64,000 nt of DNA, taken from an uncultured Prevotella sp. (lineage in GTDB: Bacteria; Bacteroidota; Bacteroidia; Bacteroidales; Bacteroidaceae). Where the stretch lies: assembly GCA_946998205.1 (NCBI GenBank), contig CAMPYJ010000001.1, positions 56,618-120,617 on the forward strand, given 5' to 3'. The position numbers and the translations under genes were made by a program. The notes below the pieces were generated by a model. That model saw only the letters and a list, made by a program, of their open reading frames with translations, searched no databases and was not told the origin of the DNA. Below are positions 12,656 to 23,606 of this stretch, in pieces (positions within the stretch are counted from its first letter, which is position 1; each line of letters begins with the position of its first letter).

Positions 12656-13747
12656 ATGACAAACACGACTGAAACAGAAAACCTCTGCGGCTTGAAGCCC
12701 AATGACTTTCAAACCACCATAGACGGAAAAAACACCAATCTTTATATCCTCAAGAATAATGTCGGAAACGAAGTCGCCATCACGAACTATGGTGGTGCCA
12801 TCGTTGCCATCATGATTCCAGACAAAGATGGCAAACTTGCCAACGTCATTCAAGGACACGACAACATTCAAGACGTCATTCATTCGCCAGAGCCATACCT
12901 GTCCACTTTGGTTGGCCGATATGGCAATCGCATCGCAAAAGGTAAATTTCATTTGCACGGAAAGGAATATAACTTGCCCATCAACAATGGTCCCAACTGC
13001 CTTCACGGTGGCATCAAAGGTTTTAACGCCAAAGTTTGGGACGCGCTTCAGATGAACAATCAAACCCTCGTACTTAAATATGTAAGCCCTTACGGCGAAG
13101 AAGGCTTTACAGGAGAATTAAGGACAACCGTTGTATACTCATTCAATGACGACAATGAACTGTCGATAGAATACATGTCGACAACCAACAAAAAAACCGT
13201 CATCAACCTCACCAGTCATGGCTTTTTCTCACTGCAAGGCATCGCGAATCCCACGCCTATAATAGAAAACCAAATCTGTGAAATCAATGCAGATTACTAT
13301 ATTCCTATCGACGACACATCCATTCCAACCGGTGAAATCAGATTTGTGGAGGGAACCCCATTTGACTTCCGCCAGCCAAAGCCCATCGGTCAAGACATCG
13401 AAGCAGACGACACGCAAATTAAAAATGGTTCCGGATATGATCACTGCTTCGTGTTGAACAAGAAAGAAGAAGGCGAACTTAGCTTCGCTGCCAGGCTGAC
13501 TGATCCCAAGAGCGGCCGCACCATGGAAGTGTATACAACGGAACCAGGCGTACAATTGTACACAGACAACTGGGCAGACGGTTACAAAGGACAGCATGGC
13601 GCCACCTTCCCGCGCCGCAGCGCCGTTTGTTTCGAGGCGCAGCATTTCCCCGACTCTCCTAATCATCCTTATTTCCCCTCAGTTGTTCTGAACCCCAACC
13701 AAGAGTACAAACAAAAGACCATTTATAAATTTTACACCCAGAAATAA
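12656..13747 (+). CDS. galM: Aldose 1-epimerase (galactose mutarotase), copy 1.
   Basis: Family motifs are present (GRYGNRIAKGKF, HGG..GF, NHxYFNL-like NLTSHGFFSL). Confidence 0.85.
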   Translation: MTNTTETENLCGLKPNDFQTTIDGKNTNLYILKNNVGNEVAITNYGGAIVAIMIPDKDGKLANVIQGHDNIQDVIHSPEPYLSTLVGRYGNRIAKGKFHLHGKEYNLPINNGPNCLHGGIKGFNAKVWDALQMNNQTLVLKYVSPYGEEGFTGELRTTVVYSFNDDNELSIEYMSTTNKKTVINLTSHGFFSLQGIANPTPIIENQICEINADYYIPIDDTSIPTGEIRFVEGTPFDFRQPKPIGQDIEADDTQIKNGSGYDHCFVLNKKEEGELSFAARLTDPKSGRTMEVYTTEPGVQLYTDNWADGYKGQHGATFPRRSAVCFEAQHFPDSPNHPYFPSVVLNPNQEYKQKTIYKFYTQK

Positions 13748-13797
13748 ACCAAGAAGAAACAACCAAAACAAATAACAAAAAATCTTTCAACTAAAAA

Positions 13798-15081
13798 ATG
13801 GAACAACAGACAAACAAAAACGGCGTCATTGTTGCAATTATCTCAATGATGTTCCTCTTTGCTATGATTTCATTCGTAACTAACCTTGCAGCACCATTTG
13901 GAAACATTTGGGGTAAAACTTACTCATGGGCTGGTATGGTTGGCAACTTAATGAACTTCTTGGCTTATCTTTTCATGGGTATACCGGCCGGCAAGATGCT
14001 CGTGAAGTACGGCTACAAGAAAACAGCCTTGATTGCTATCGCAGTCGGTTTCATCGGCTTGTTCGTACAGTACTTGTCAAGTATGTTTGGTGGCAGCAGT
14101 GAGATGTTCAGCGTTCAGGAACAACCCGTCATGCTCAACTTCATCATCTACTTGCTGGGAGCGTTCATTTGCGGGTTCTGCGTATGTATGTTAAACACGG
14201 TAGTCAACCCCATGTTGAACCTTCTTGGCGGAGGTGGCAACCGTGGAAACCAACTCATCCAAACCGGAGGTACATTAAACTCACTTGCTGCAACACTCAC
14301 CCCGTTCTTTGTTGGGGTGTTGATTGGTCAGGTCACCGACAAGACCAGCATGACAGACGTCACCCCTTTGCTTTGGGTGGCAATGGGCGTTTTCATCGTT
14401 ACCTTCCTTATCATCTCATTCGTAGCCATTCCAGAGCCACAGTCAACCGCCCCTGGCGTTAAATCTGAATATAGTCCATGGAACTTCCGCCACTTCATTC
14501 TCGGCGTGATCGCCATTTTTTTCTATGTGGGGATTGAAGTTGGCATTCCAGCCGAATTGAATTTCTACGTCACGAGACTTGATTTCCCCGGTGCGGCAGC
14601 CGTAGCTGGCGGTATCGTAGCCATCTATTGGTTGTTGATGCTCGTTGGCCGTTTCATCAGCAGTTTCATCAGCGGCAAGGTATCTTCGCGCACACAGATG
14701 CTTTTCACATCATCCCTGGCCATCATCCTTTTACTGATAGCCATCGCACTCCCGGAGAGTTCCGCCGTGTCGTTTCGCGGTTCTGAAGTGCCCATCAAGT
14801 GCTTCTTCATCATTTCATGCGGCATCTGCACATCAATCATGTGGGGCTGCATCTTCAACCTGGCGACAGAAGGCTTGGGCAAATACACGGCCGCAGCGTC
14901 AGGCATCTTTATGATGATGGTCGTTGGTGGCGGCGTGATGCCATTCATCCAAGATCAGATTGCGACCAGCCTCAACAATTACATTGCCAGCTACTGGCTC
15001 GTCATTGCCATGCTCGCATACCTGCTCTACTACGCCCTGGCGGGTTGCAAGAACGTGAACAAAGACATTCCCGTAGAATAA
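13798..15081 (+). CDS. MFS sugar transporter (glucose/galactose GluP/FucP-like).
   Basis: It has about 12 predicted transmembrane helices and lies in the galactose cluster. Confidence 0.75.
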   Translation: MEQQTNKNGVIVAIISMMFLFAMISFVTNLAAPFGNIWGKTYSWAGMVGNLMNFLAYLFMGIPAGKMLVKYGYKKTALIAIAVGFIGLFVQYLSSMFGGSSEMFSVQEQPVMLNFIIYLLGAFICGFCVCMLNTVVNPMLNLLGGGGNRGNQLIQTGGTLNSLAATLTPFFVGVLIGQVTDKTSMTDVTPLLWVAMGVFIVTFLIISFVAIPEPQSTAPGVKSEYSPWNFRHFILGVIAIFFYVGIEVGIPAELNFYVTRLDFPGAAAVAGGIVAIYWLLMLVGRFISSFISGKVSSRTQMLFTSSLAIILLLIAIALPESSAVSFRGSEVPIKCFFIISCGICTSIMWGCIFNLATEGLGKYTAAASGIFMMMVVGGGVMPFIQDQIATSLNNYIASYWLVIAMLAYLLYYALAGCKNVNKDIPVE

Positions 15082-15182
15082 CAAGCGGCAAAGGATGCTG
15101 AATGCCTGTCCCGGACAAGCGCATTCAGCATTTTTTATGATAAAACAAGATTAGATTATAAACCTCTAAACCCCTATTAATT

Positions 15183-16346
15183 ATGATGGACATAGATTAT
15201 GTAAGAAGTCGTTTCATCAAGCACTTTGATGGCCAAACAGGAAATATTTATTTTTCACCAGGTCGCATTAATTTGATTGGCGAGCATACGGATTACAACG
15301 GCGGATTCGTATTTCCTGGTGCGGTAGACAAGGGTATCATGGCCGAGGTTCGCCCCAACGGCACCGATACGGTCATGTGTTACTCCATAGATTTGAAAGA
15401 CCGCGTGGAGTTCAAGGTAGACGACCCTCAAGGTCCCCGAACCAGTTGGGCTCGCTACATCTACGGCATGGTACAAGAAATGAAGAAACTTGGCGTCGAT
15501 GTCAAAGGTTTCAACACCGCATTCTCTGGCGACGTGCCCTTAGGCGCCGGTATGTCTTCATCGGCAGCGTTGGAAAGCTGTTTCGCCTTTGCCTTGAATG
15601 ATTTGTTCGGTGAGAACAAAGTGTCAAAATGGGACATGGTCTTGGCCGGACAAGCGACCGAACACAAGTATGTAGGTGTCAACTGCGGCATCATGGATCA
15701 GTTTGCCAGTGTCTTCGGTCAGAAGGGTAAACTCATGCGCCTCGACTGCCGTAGCCGCGAATTCGAATACTTCCCATTCAACCCACAGGGCTACAAACTC
15801 ATGCTCGTCAACTCATGCGTGAAACACGAATTAGTAGGTTCGCCATACAACGACCGCCGCAATTCTTGCGAGAATGTCGTAAAACACATCGCAGCCAAAT
15901 ATCCAAATGAAAAATTTGAAACCCTGCGTGACTGCACGTGGGAGCAGTTGGAAGCGGTGAAAGCCGAAGTTGGTGAGGAAGATTACAACCGCGCCCGCTT
16001 TGTACTTGGCGAGAAAGACCGTGTGCTGGCCGTTTGTGACGCACTGGAAGCCGGCGACTACGAGACGGTGGGTAAGAAGATGTACGAGACACATGAAGGC
16101 CTGAGCAAGGATTATGAGGTGTCTTGTGAAGAGCTTGACTTCCTCAATGACGTCGCTAAGGAAAATGGCGTAACAGGCAGTCGTATCATGGGCGGCGGCT
16201 TCGGCGGCTGCACCATCAACCTTGTCAAGGATGACATTCATGACAAGTTCGCAGCCGACGTCACGGAAAAATATCTTGCCAAATTCGGTAAGAAGCCAGA
16301 AATCTATGACGTGGTCATCAGCCAGGGCTCCCATAAAGTATGCTAA
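15183..16346 (+). CDS. galK: Galactokinase.
   Basis: It has the GHMP kinase motifs (GRINLIGEHTDYNGG and GGGFGGC). Confidence 0.95.
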   Translation: MMDIDYVRSRFIKHFDGQTGNIYFSPGRINLIGEHTDYNGGFVFPGAVDKGIMAEVRPNGTDTVMCYSIDLKDRVEFKVDDPQGPRTSWARYIYGMVQEMKKLGVDVKGFNTAFSGDVPLGAGMSSSAALESCFAFALNDLFGENKVSKWDMVLAGQATEHKYVGVNCGIMDQFASVFGQKGKLMRLDCRSREFEYFPFNPQGYKLMLVNSCVKHELVGSPYNDRRNSCENVVKHIAAKYPNEKFETLRDCTWEQLEAVKAEVGEEDYNRARFVLGEKDRVLAVCDALEAGDYETVGKKMYETHEGLSKDYEVSCEELDFLNDVAKENGVTGSRIMGGGFGGCTINLVKDDIHDKFAADVTEKYLAKFGKKPEIYDVVISQGSHKVC

Positions 16347-16358
16347 TAGACAGCAAAT

Positions 16359-16398
16359 GAAGGTATCTGTTATCAACGTCGTGATAACAGGTATCTTC
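16359..16398 (+). terminator. Perfect 17-bp inverted repeat (GAAGGTATCTGTTATCA / TGATAACAGGTATCTTC) between galK and the second galM. Possible attenuator or terminator.
   Basis: The repeat is read directly from the sequence. The following T-run is interrupted (TTCGTTTTC), so termination efficiency is uncertain. Confidence 0.4.
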
Positions 16399-16440
16399 TT
16401 CGTTTTCATTCGTTCATAACATTTTTCCAAAGCATTCAAG

Positions 16441-17607
16441 ATGAAACTAACTAAAGGATTTTTCGCAGGTGCGGCATTTGTCATTGCGATGTTGTCTGCC
16501 TGCTCGTCCACCAACAACAATAATTTAACCGTTTCCGGTTTAAACCCCGCCAAATTCGACACAACGATCAATGACAAACCCGTCAAACTGTTCGTGTTGA
16601 AGAACAACAATGGCATGGAAGTTTGCGTCACAAACTTTGGCGCACGCGTCGTGTCAATCTGCGTACCCAACAAAGCAGATGTAGCCACCGACGTGGTGTT
16701 AGGATATGACAACATCGCTCAGTATGCAGACACTGTCAACAACGCCAGTGATTTCGGCGCAGCCATCGGCCGATACGCCAACCGCATCAATAAAGGTAGA
16801 ATCACTGTCGCAGGAAAGAAAATCCAACTGCCATGTAACAACTTTGGACACTGCCTGCATGGCGGCCCCTCAGGCTGGCAGTATTCCGTATACGAAGGCA
16901 AACAGCTGAACGACTCGACGCTCCAGCTTGTCTTACACTCTCCTGATGGTGACAACAACTTCCCCGGCAACGTGACGGCAACAGTTACCTACACCGTAAC
17001 CAGCGACAACACCCTGGACATGAAGTTTGAGGCTACCACCGACGCAGAAACCGTCATCAACATGACGAACCACTCGTACTTCAACCTCTCGGGCGATCCG
17101 TCTAAAGCCGGCACCAACATGGTTCTTTATGTCAATGCCGACAACTATACGCCATGCGACAGCACCTTCATGACGACAGGAGAAATCAAGTCTGTCTACG
17201 GAACGCCGATGGACTTCACCAAGCGTCACCCATTGTATCAAACCATCGGGGACACTACCTTTACGCAAATCAAATATGCAAGAGGGTACGACCACAATTA
17301 TGTGCTGAACACCTACAAGAACGGAAAAGGTGACGACACCAAGGTGGCTGCCAGCCTGTACTCTCCCGAGTCGGGCATCTACATGGAAGTATTCACCAAC
17401 GAACCGGGACTACAAGTTTATTCCGGCAACTTCCTTTCAGGAAGCGTGGTCGGCAAAAAGGGAATCGCCTACCCACGACGTGCCTCGGTTTGCCTGGAAA
17501 CACAGAAATTTCCAGATTCTCCCAACAAGAAAAACTGGCCGTCACCTTACCTCAAGCCTGGTGAAAAATACTTCAGTCACGTTGCCTATAAGTTCAGTGT
17601 AAGATAA
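16441..17607 (+). CDS. galM: Aldose 1-epimerase (galactose mutarotase), copy 2. It carries a lipoprotein-type signal and is probably periplasmic.
   Basis: The N-terminus LSACSS is lipoprotein-like. The mutarotase motifs GRYANRINKGR, HGG and NHSYFNL are present. Confidence 0.85.
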   Translation: MKLTKGFFAGAAFVIAMLSACSSTNNNNLTVSGLNPAKFDTTINDKPVKLFVLKNNNGMEVCVTNFGARVVSICVPNKADVATDVVLGYDNIAQYADTVNNASDFGAAIGRYANRINKGRITVAGKKIQLPCNNFGHCLHGGPSGWQYSVYEGKQLNDSTLQLVLHSPDGDNNFPGNVTATVTYTVTSDNTLDMKFEATTDAETVINMTNHSYFNLSGDPSKAGTNMVLYVNADNYTPCDSTFMTTGEIKSVYGTPMDFTKRHPLYQTIGDTTFTQIKYARGYDHNYVLNTYKNGKGDDTKVAASLYSPESGIYMEVFTNEPGLQVYSGNFLSGSVVGKKGIAYPRRASVCLETQKFPDSPNKKNWPSPYLKPGEKYFSHVAYKFSVR

Positions 17608-17649
17608 ACGTCAACGCGGCACCATCGTTACGCATTACCGCTGTCAAGT

Positions 17650-17692
17650 AGGAGGTAAACACCCATCATGGATGTTCACCTCCTATTTTTGT
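17650..17692 (+). terminator. Intrinsic terminator after the galactose cluster.
   Basis: The hairpin AGGAGGT...ACCTCCT is followed by ATTTTTG. Confidence 0.65.
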
Positions 17693-18664
17693 TTGTTTTT
17701 GCCGCTGCGTCCGTAGAGCACGCTCGGTGCAACGCCCGCTGTCTGCCAACGCTTGAGCATCAGTTTGACCAACAACCCTACTGCAAAAAGGCCGCATTGA
17801 TGTCGGGAGAAATTGTACCAAAAAGTTACATTGAGGTGGGCATGTAAGGGAAGATGACAGATACGAATTGAAGTAGTCACATCCACATAGGATGCAAAGG
17901 AAATTTAAATGACAAAATTGAAAATATAATTTATGTTATAAAACCTCCCCATACCGACGAGAAAACTTGTGCGGATGAAATACTTTACTACCTTTGCATT
18001 GTGTTTTTCATGGTATTAGATTATTAAGGTTAATGAAGATTGGTTGTCGTGAGACAATCAATTTTTTTTTTTGCATGCCGTAAAGACACCAGCATGTGTT
18101 CGTAACACCTTCAGATGAGACTCAGTGTTTTTAAAGGCAAGGAAGAAAACTACTTGTCCGTTTATTTCAAAATCATCAAGTTACAAAATAGAAAAAGAAC
18201 GAGAGTTGAGGTGCGTTGTCAAACGCCTCTAACCCCCAACAAGACCATCTTTCATGGCGGCTGTACGTTGTTTGAAGCCCTGTTTGCGCCACATTGCCAC
18301 GTTAGAAACAGCATATTGTCTTCCAACGAGCATGACATTGACGCATAAAAGCATGCATATTGGCCGCCAATAAGCATGCTTTTGGCACAAAAATGGATTC
18401 TCCTTTGCAACGAAAAAACGCCTCACAACAGTAACTCATTATGCCATGGTGAAATATGAAAACATCCTATAATTCGCATATTTGCGTTCTACCTTCACGT
18501 TGGTTGCAAATATGCGAGTTTTGAAGCCGCATGTAAAAACATTTCACAGAAGACACGAGCGGATGGCATGGATGACATAATGCGTCATACCCTTGCAACT
18601 CGAAACGCGATCAATCACGCCGCTATGGTTCAAAGTTCTTTTAGGCGACATGGTGTCTACAATC

Positions 18665-20803
18665 TCAGAATTTCAGAATTTTCCTTCCGTTCGACATGTA
18701 TATCCCCTTTGGCAGCGCATCAAGTTTAGTTCCTGCAAACTGACCATTGAGATTATAAATTTTTGAACACTGATGGGTGTCGGTCTTCGCATCAAGCAGC
18801 CTGATGCCGTTTTCCGTCTTGTTCGCAGGTCCTATCACCTTTACGTCATCCAAGAAAAAACGGTTGTAAGGTACAAACTGGATGGTCGACGCTCCTGTTC
18901 CCGTGAAAGAAACCTTGATGGTAGTCCACCGCCCCCTTTCTAACGTAAAGACTCCCAACAGCGAGTCGTTGACGCGCACATCCAACGTGTTAACATCTTT
19001 TCCAAAAGGTGCAGCTACGAAGATGAGCGTGTCTTTACCGTACGCATCAAATTCGGGTGTCAACACGGTGCCGTTCTTTGACGATGTGCCAAACTTCGCA
19101 CATCGGTCGCCACCGAATGCGGTGCCAGACGGCACATACCAGCCATCCATATCCGTCATGAAACCATTCTTGCTCCGAGCCACCTGCCCACCAAACCTGC
19201 CGTCATTTCCACCCGTACCCTTACACCTGTCGAATGTTTCGTGGAATAGAATGCCGTCAGACGATGCCTGATTCGGTTTTGTCGAGGCTGCGAGCACCTT
19301 GAAACGGAAGGATATGGTTCCGTCGTCATTTCTCGTAATCTCTTTCACGTCCTTATTCATGAAATAGGTTCCCCGTCTATTCGCATTGTACAAGCTGGCC
19401 GCAGGCTTAGAGTTCGCAGTCAGACTGTCGTTAGTCTTATACGGATAGGTGTCTCCAGCAATCTCCGAAGCACTATAATTACCCCACATGTTGAGATAGG
19501 CATCAGAATTGTCAGCGTGGAAAATGGTACATCTTTGATGATCTTTCTGACCGTTAACCGTATTGTCGGCCCATGCCTTGGCATCAAAATCAACATGCAG
19601 AATCAGCAACCCTTCTCCGCCAAGTCCTGCATCCCAACCTGTCTTTCGTCTGTTTTCCAACAAATAACATTCGTTTCTATTGTTTTCGTCGTAAATGACA
19701 TACGCCTCGCCTTGCTCACTGAGCGGCTTCATGTTCGTGACAGTGAGGTCGCTGGCAAGCTCAACAGGATTCAGCCAACCTAAATAAGCACGCTCATAAC
19801 TGGTATAACCAGCCGGAACGAAGCCATCACCGTTATAACATCCTTGAGCCATCAAATCCCACGAAAGCATGCCATAAGCCTCACCATCAAGCGTGTCGTA
19901 CATGTCAGGCAAACCCAACACATGCGAAAGCTCATGACAGATGGTTCCGATGCCTTCTATTTGTGTTCGTGAAGACAATTCAGGTCCGCACGCATAAGAA
20001 TCGATTGTCACCTGATCCAAGTTAAAATCAAAGTTGGATTCAGACAGCTCCGCCTGATGCGGCCACACCCGTTTGGAGTCTTGACCTTCTGTTGAATTTT
20101 CGCCTTGACCGGCATACAGCACGTACAGAACATCCACCACCCCGTCATGGTCCCAATCGTAATCTCGAAAATCCACCTCCGCATCTGCACCCATGCAAGC
20201 CTCCCGTATCATTTCTTGCGGCCTGACATCGTAGCCTTCGCGGTCGTTGGCGCCATAATAAGCATAGCCTTTCTTCATGCGTATCGGCCCCGCGACATCA
20301 AAGGTCAAGTCAAATTTTCCTCTGCTCTGGTCCAGGAAATAGTCTCTCACACTTCCCTTAAATCCCAATTCGTGCACAAATCCCTGCTTGTTGGCTATCT
20401 GTTGATAAAGCTCTTTTGTATGTTTCGCATTGAATTCGGCATCATCAAAATCCACCAAAATCATCAAACCTTTTTTCTTTCCTTCACAGTCAACATGCTT
20501 TTGTCCAAAAGAAACACGCTTTTCAGCATGTCTTCGAGCGGCAGCTCTGCATGTTTTTTCAACAGCTTTTCCAGCTAATGTTGTGAAATCGGCATGACGA
20601 TAGGCTTGAAGTTGTTCGTCAAAAACGTATCTCTTACCATCCTCAGTCTCCATGTAATGCAGGTGTTCATCGCCTTTGAGCATCGCCCGCACCTCTACTC
20701 CACTCGCAAGACGAATGACTCTCCACCCACACTTTTTTACTGGTATGGCGACACCCCATTGCATCATCCATATAAATAATAAAACGGAAAATGCTCTTTT
20801 CAT
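18665..20803 (-). CDS. Secreted zinc metalloprotease, M6 (immune inhibitor A)-like, with a T9SS C-terminal domain.
   Basis: It has a signal peptide and the motif HELSHVLGLPDMYD (HExxHxxGxxD followed by PDxYD, as in InhA). The C-terminus is ...KIYNLNGQF...KGIYMSNGRKILKF. Confidence 0.55.
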   Translation of the reverse strand: MKRAFSVLLFIWMMQWGVAIPVKKCGWRVIRLASGVEVRAMLKGDEHLHYMETEDGKRYVFDEQLQAYRHADFTTLAGKAVEKTCRAAARRHAEKRVSFGQKHVDCEGKKKGLMILVDFDDAEFNAKHTKELYQQIANKQGFVHELGFKGSVRDYFLDQSRGKFDLTFDVAGPIRMKKGYAYYGANDREGYDVRPQEMIREACMGADAEVDFRDYDWDHDGVVDVLYVLYAGQGENSTEGQDSKRVWPHQAELSESNFDFNLDQVTIDSYACGPELSSRTQIEGIGTICHELSHVLGLPDMYDTLDGEAYGMLSWDLMAQGCYNGDGFVPAGYTSYERAYLGWLNPVELASDLTVTNMKPLSEQGEAYVIYDENNRNECYLLENRRKTGWDAGLGGEGLLILHVDFDAKAWADNTVNGQKDHQRCTIFHADNSDAYLNMWGNYSASEIAGDTYPYKTNDSLTANSKPAASLYNANRRGTYFMNKDVKEITRNDDGTISFRFKVLAASTKPNQASSDGILFHETFDRCKGTGGNDGRFGGQVARSKNGFMTDMDGWYVPSGTAFGGDRCAKFGTSSKNGTVLTPEFDAYGKDTLIFVAAPFGKDVNTLDVRVNDSLLGVFTLERGRWTTIKVSFTGTGASTIQFVPYNRFFLDDVKVIGPANKTENGIRLLDAKTDTHQCSKIYNLNGQFAGTKLDALPKGIYMSNGRKILKF

Positions 20804-20981
20804 ACATTAGTTCTATTTGTTTACAAAAATAATGAAAAGATTTTTAAAAGTATCGCATGCATCCAATATTTGCATCTTTCACATGAGCAAATAACCTTTA
20901 TACGCAGTATACATAAAAGGGCTATATCATAAAATTGCAAGACGGCAAATACGGGATGCTTTCGCGTTAATTTTTCGCGAC

Positions 20982-21021
20982 AAAAAAAAGAGAGGTACCT
21001 TGTATATTGATACTCTCTCTT
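20982..21021 (-). terminator. Intrinsic terminator downstream of the OmpH gene (minus strand).
   Basis: On the minus strand a hairpin (AAGAGAG...CTCTCTT) is followed by T8. Confidence 0.5.
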
Positions 21022-21068
21022 TCATCATGTATGATGACAATATAGGAAACTGTGCAAAAGAAACTTGC

Positions 21069-21686
21069 TTATTTCTTTGCGTCAGCTTTTTTCTTTGCGT
21101 CAATAGACTTATAAGCCTTATTCAAACCGGCGATTACATCCTTGGTGATATCATATCTCTTGTCGGCATACAGCAGATTGTCTCCAGCCTTGGAAAGAAT
21201 AAGACTGTATTTCTTATCCTTGTTATAGCTTGCCAGAAAGTGCTGAATGGAGTCGCGGAGAGCCTTGTTGTACTTATCGGTCTCTGTTTGAAACTCATTA
21301 CTCAGACGCTGATTGAGAGCCTGAAGGTCGGCACTTTGCTTCTGCAATCCAGCCTGAATGGATTCAGCCTGGTCGCGTGTGTATGCGTTCTGTTGAAGCT
21401 TCTGCTGGAAGTTGGCGGCCGCTTGTTGCAACTGGCTCTGCTTTGCAGCCAATGTATTCTGAATGTTTTGTCCCTTCTTCTGCAAAATCAAGCTGTAATC
21501 CTTGCAGAACTTGTACTGAGTCATTACACTGTCTACCTCAACATAGGCGATTTTCATGTCAGCAGGAACACCTGCCGTTGCACCTTCAGACGTCTTATCT
21601 ACCTGAGGTTTTGAGTTGTCACAAGCCGCGAAAGCCAATGTTGCGAGAGCTGCAACCGCCACCGAACGGATAATCTTTTTCTTCAT
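21069..21686 (-). CDS. OmpH/Skp-family periplasmic chaperone.
   Basis: It has a signal peptide followed by a Q/A/K-rich coiled-coil of about 170 aa, the typical OmpH size and composition. Confidence 0.55.
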   Translation of the reverse strand: MKKKIIRSVAVAALATLAFAACDNSKPQVDKTSEGATAGVPADMKIAYVEVDSVMTQYKFCKDYSLILQKKGQNIQNTLAAKQSQLQQAAANFQQKLQQNAYTRDQAESIQAGLQKQSADLQALNQRLSNEFQTETDKYNKALRDSIQHFLASYNKDKKYSLILSKAGDNLLYADKRYDITKDVIAGLNKAYKSIDAKKKADAKK

Positions 21687-21763
21687 TTTATATTCTGATA
21701 TTTAATTGTTTACTTATTATTATGCTTCATGACCTTGACAGCATGCTGCCCATGACATCCACT

Positions 21764-21958
21764 TCAAAACGCCTTATCCTGCTTTCTTGCCTCTCTGTCT
21801 TGATCTACCACACAATGAATGCCTCGCTTTTTCATAGCGTCACTGTCATGTATGTGCATGGAATCAAACTTTCCATTCTTCTGAAAAATCAATTTAACAG
21901 CCATCAATGCAATACATATTGCAATTATTAACATGCTAAGAAGTAATGTTTTCAGCAT
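21764..21958 (-). CDS. Small hypothetical membrane protein (64 aa).
   Basis: It has one N-terminal transmembrane helix and lies upstream of the OmpH gene on the same strand. No family was recognised. Confidence 0.25.
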   Translation of the reverse strand: MLKTLLLSMLIIAICIALMAVKLIFQKNGKFDSMHIHDSDAMKKRGIHCVVDQDREARKQDKAF

Positions 21959-22051
21959 TTCTTATTATATTTGCAGTGTCACTTTGTCATTTTATTGTGG
22001 CAAAGATAGTGCAAATAGAGCAATATACAAAATAAAATAAGAAAAAATAGT

Positions 22052-23512
22052 ATGGAAAAGAAAGACTTACAACCAGCCTGCGTCTTTAAGCAGTTCGCCA
22101 AGATTAACGAGATACCGCGCCCTTCCAAGCGTGAGGAAAAGATGATAGAATACCTCAGAGAATTTGGCAAGAGCCACCATTTGGAAACGTCAGTAGATGA
22201 AACAGGCAACGTGATTATCCGCAAACCAGCCACCAAAGGCTACGAGGACCGTGCGACGGTAATACTTCAGAGCCACATGGACATGGTGTGCGACAAACTT
22301 GTGGACGTTGAGTTCGACTTCGATAAGGATGCCATTCAGACCTACATCGACGGCGAATGGCTCACCGCCAAGGGCACAACGCTCGGTGCAGACGATGGCA
22401 TCGGCGTGGCCATGGAATTGGCCGTACTCGAAAGTGACGACATCGAACACGGCCCGATAGAATGTGTTTTTACCACAGATGAAGAGACACAACTAACGGG
22501 AGCGTTGGGGATGAAAGCGGGATTCATGACGGGCGAATACCTCATCAACTTAGATTCTGAAGACGAAGGCAAGATATTTGTAAGCTGTGCGGGTGGACGC
22601 AGCACCATCGCCACATTCGATTACAAGGCGGAAGAGGCACCGAAAAACCACTTCTTCATGCAAATCTCACTGAAAGGTTTGGTGGGAGGCCACTCTGGGG
22701 ATGACATCAACAAGAAGCGCGCCAATGCCATCAAGGTCTTAGCGAGATTTCTTTTCAACGAACAAGAGAAGTTTGATTTGCGCTTAGCAAGTTTTAATAG
22801 TGGCAAATTGCACAACGCCATCCCGCGTGACGGAAAGGTTGTGTTCGCCGTTCCCAATGATGCGAAAGAGCAAGTGCGTGCCGATTGGAATGTTTTCCAT
22901 CATGACGTGATGCAGGAGTTTCACGTTACAGATACCGACATGGTGTTCAACATGGAAAGTACCGAGCCTCAACAGGTGCTTCCAAAGGACGTAAGCAGCA
23001 AACTGATACTGGCTCTGCAAGCCGTTGACAATGGCATCTTTGCCATGTGCCAAGATGAGTTGCTGGCTGGTTTGGTTGAAACATCAAGCAACGTGGCGGC
23101 GGTGAAGACCTTGGATGGGAAGGTTGAAATCCTGTCGTCGCAACGCAGCAACGTGATGAGCAATTTGGAAAATATGTGTAACACCGTGAAGGCTGCTTAT
23201 CAATTGGCAGGCGCTAAGGTGGAACAAACCGATGGCTATCCAGCTTGGAACATGAATCCAGACAGCAAATTAGTGAAGCTGACGGTCGAGGCTTACAAGA
23301 AATTGTTCAACAAAGAGCCGGAGGTGTTGGGCATTCATGCAGGTCTTGAGTGCGGTTTGTTCTCCGAACGTTATCCTCATATCGACATGGTTAGTTTCGG
23401 GCCCACGCTTCGTTTCGTTCATACACCCGATGAACGTTTGCTCATCCCTACCGTACAAATGGTGTGGAATCACCTTCTCGAGATATTGAAGAACATCCCT
23501 CTGCGCAAATAA
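22052..23512 (+). CDS. pepD: Aminoacyl-histidine (Xaa-His) dipeptidase, M20 family.
   Basis: It has the PepD/M20C layout and metal-ligand motifs (HMDMV, TTDEETQ). Confidence 0.85.
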   Translation: MEKKDLQPACVFKQFAKINEIPRPSKREEKMIEYLREFGKSHHLETSVDETGNVIIRKPATKGYEDRATVILQSHMDMVCDKLVDVEFDFDKDAIQTYIDGEWLTAKGTTLGADDGIGVAMELAVLESDDIEHGPIECVFTTDEETQLTGALGMKAGFMTGEYLINLDSEDEGKIFVSCAGGRSTIATFDYKAEEAPKNHFFMQISLKGLVGGHSGDDINKKRANAIKVLARFLFNEQEKFDLRLASFNSGKLHNAIPRDGKVVFAVPNDAKEQVRADWNVFHHDVMQEFHVTDTDMVFNMESTEPQQVLPKDVSSKLILALQAVDNGIFAMCQDELLAGLVETSSNVAAVKTLDGKVEILSSQRSNVMSNLENMCNTVKAAYQLAGAKVEQTDGYPAWNMNPDSKLVKLTVEAYKKLFNKEPEVLGIHAGLECGLFSERYPHIDMVSFGPTLRFVHTPDERLLIPTVQMVWNHLLEILKNIPLRK

Positions 23513-23606
23513 TGCGAGTAAACAGCGAAAATGGATTCATGGTTTCAACCGATACCGTGAATCCATTTTTCATGCTCTTTACATTCCTCTTTACCAAGAA
23601 GTTTAA

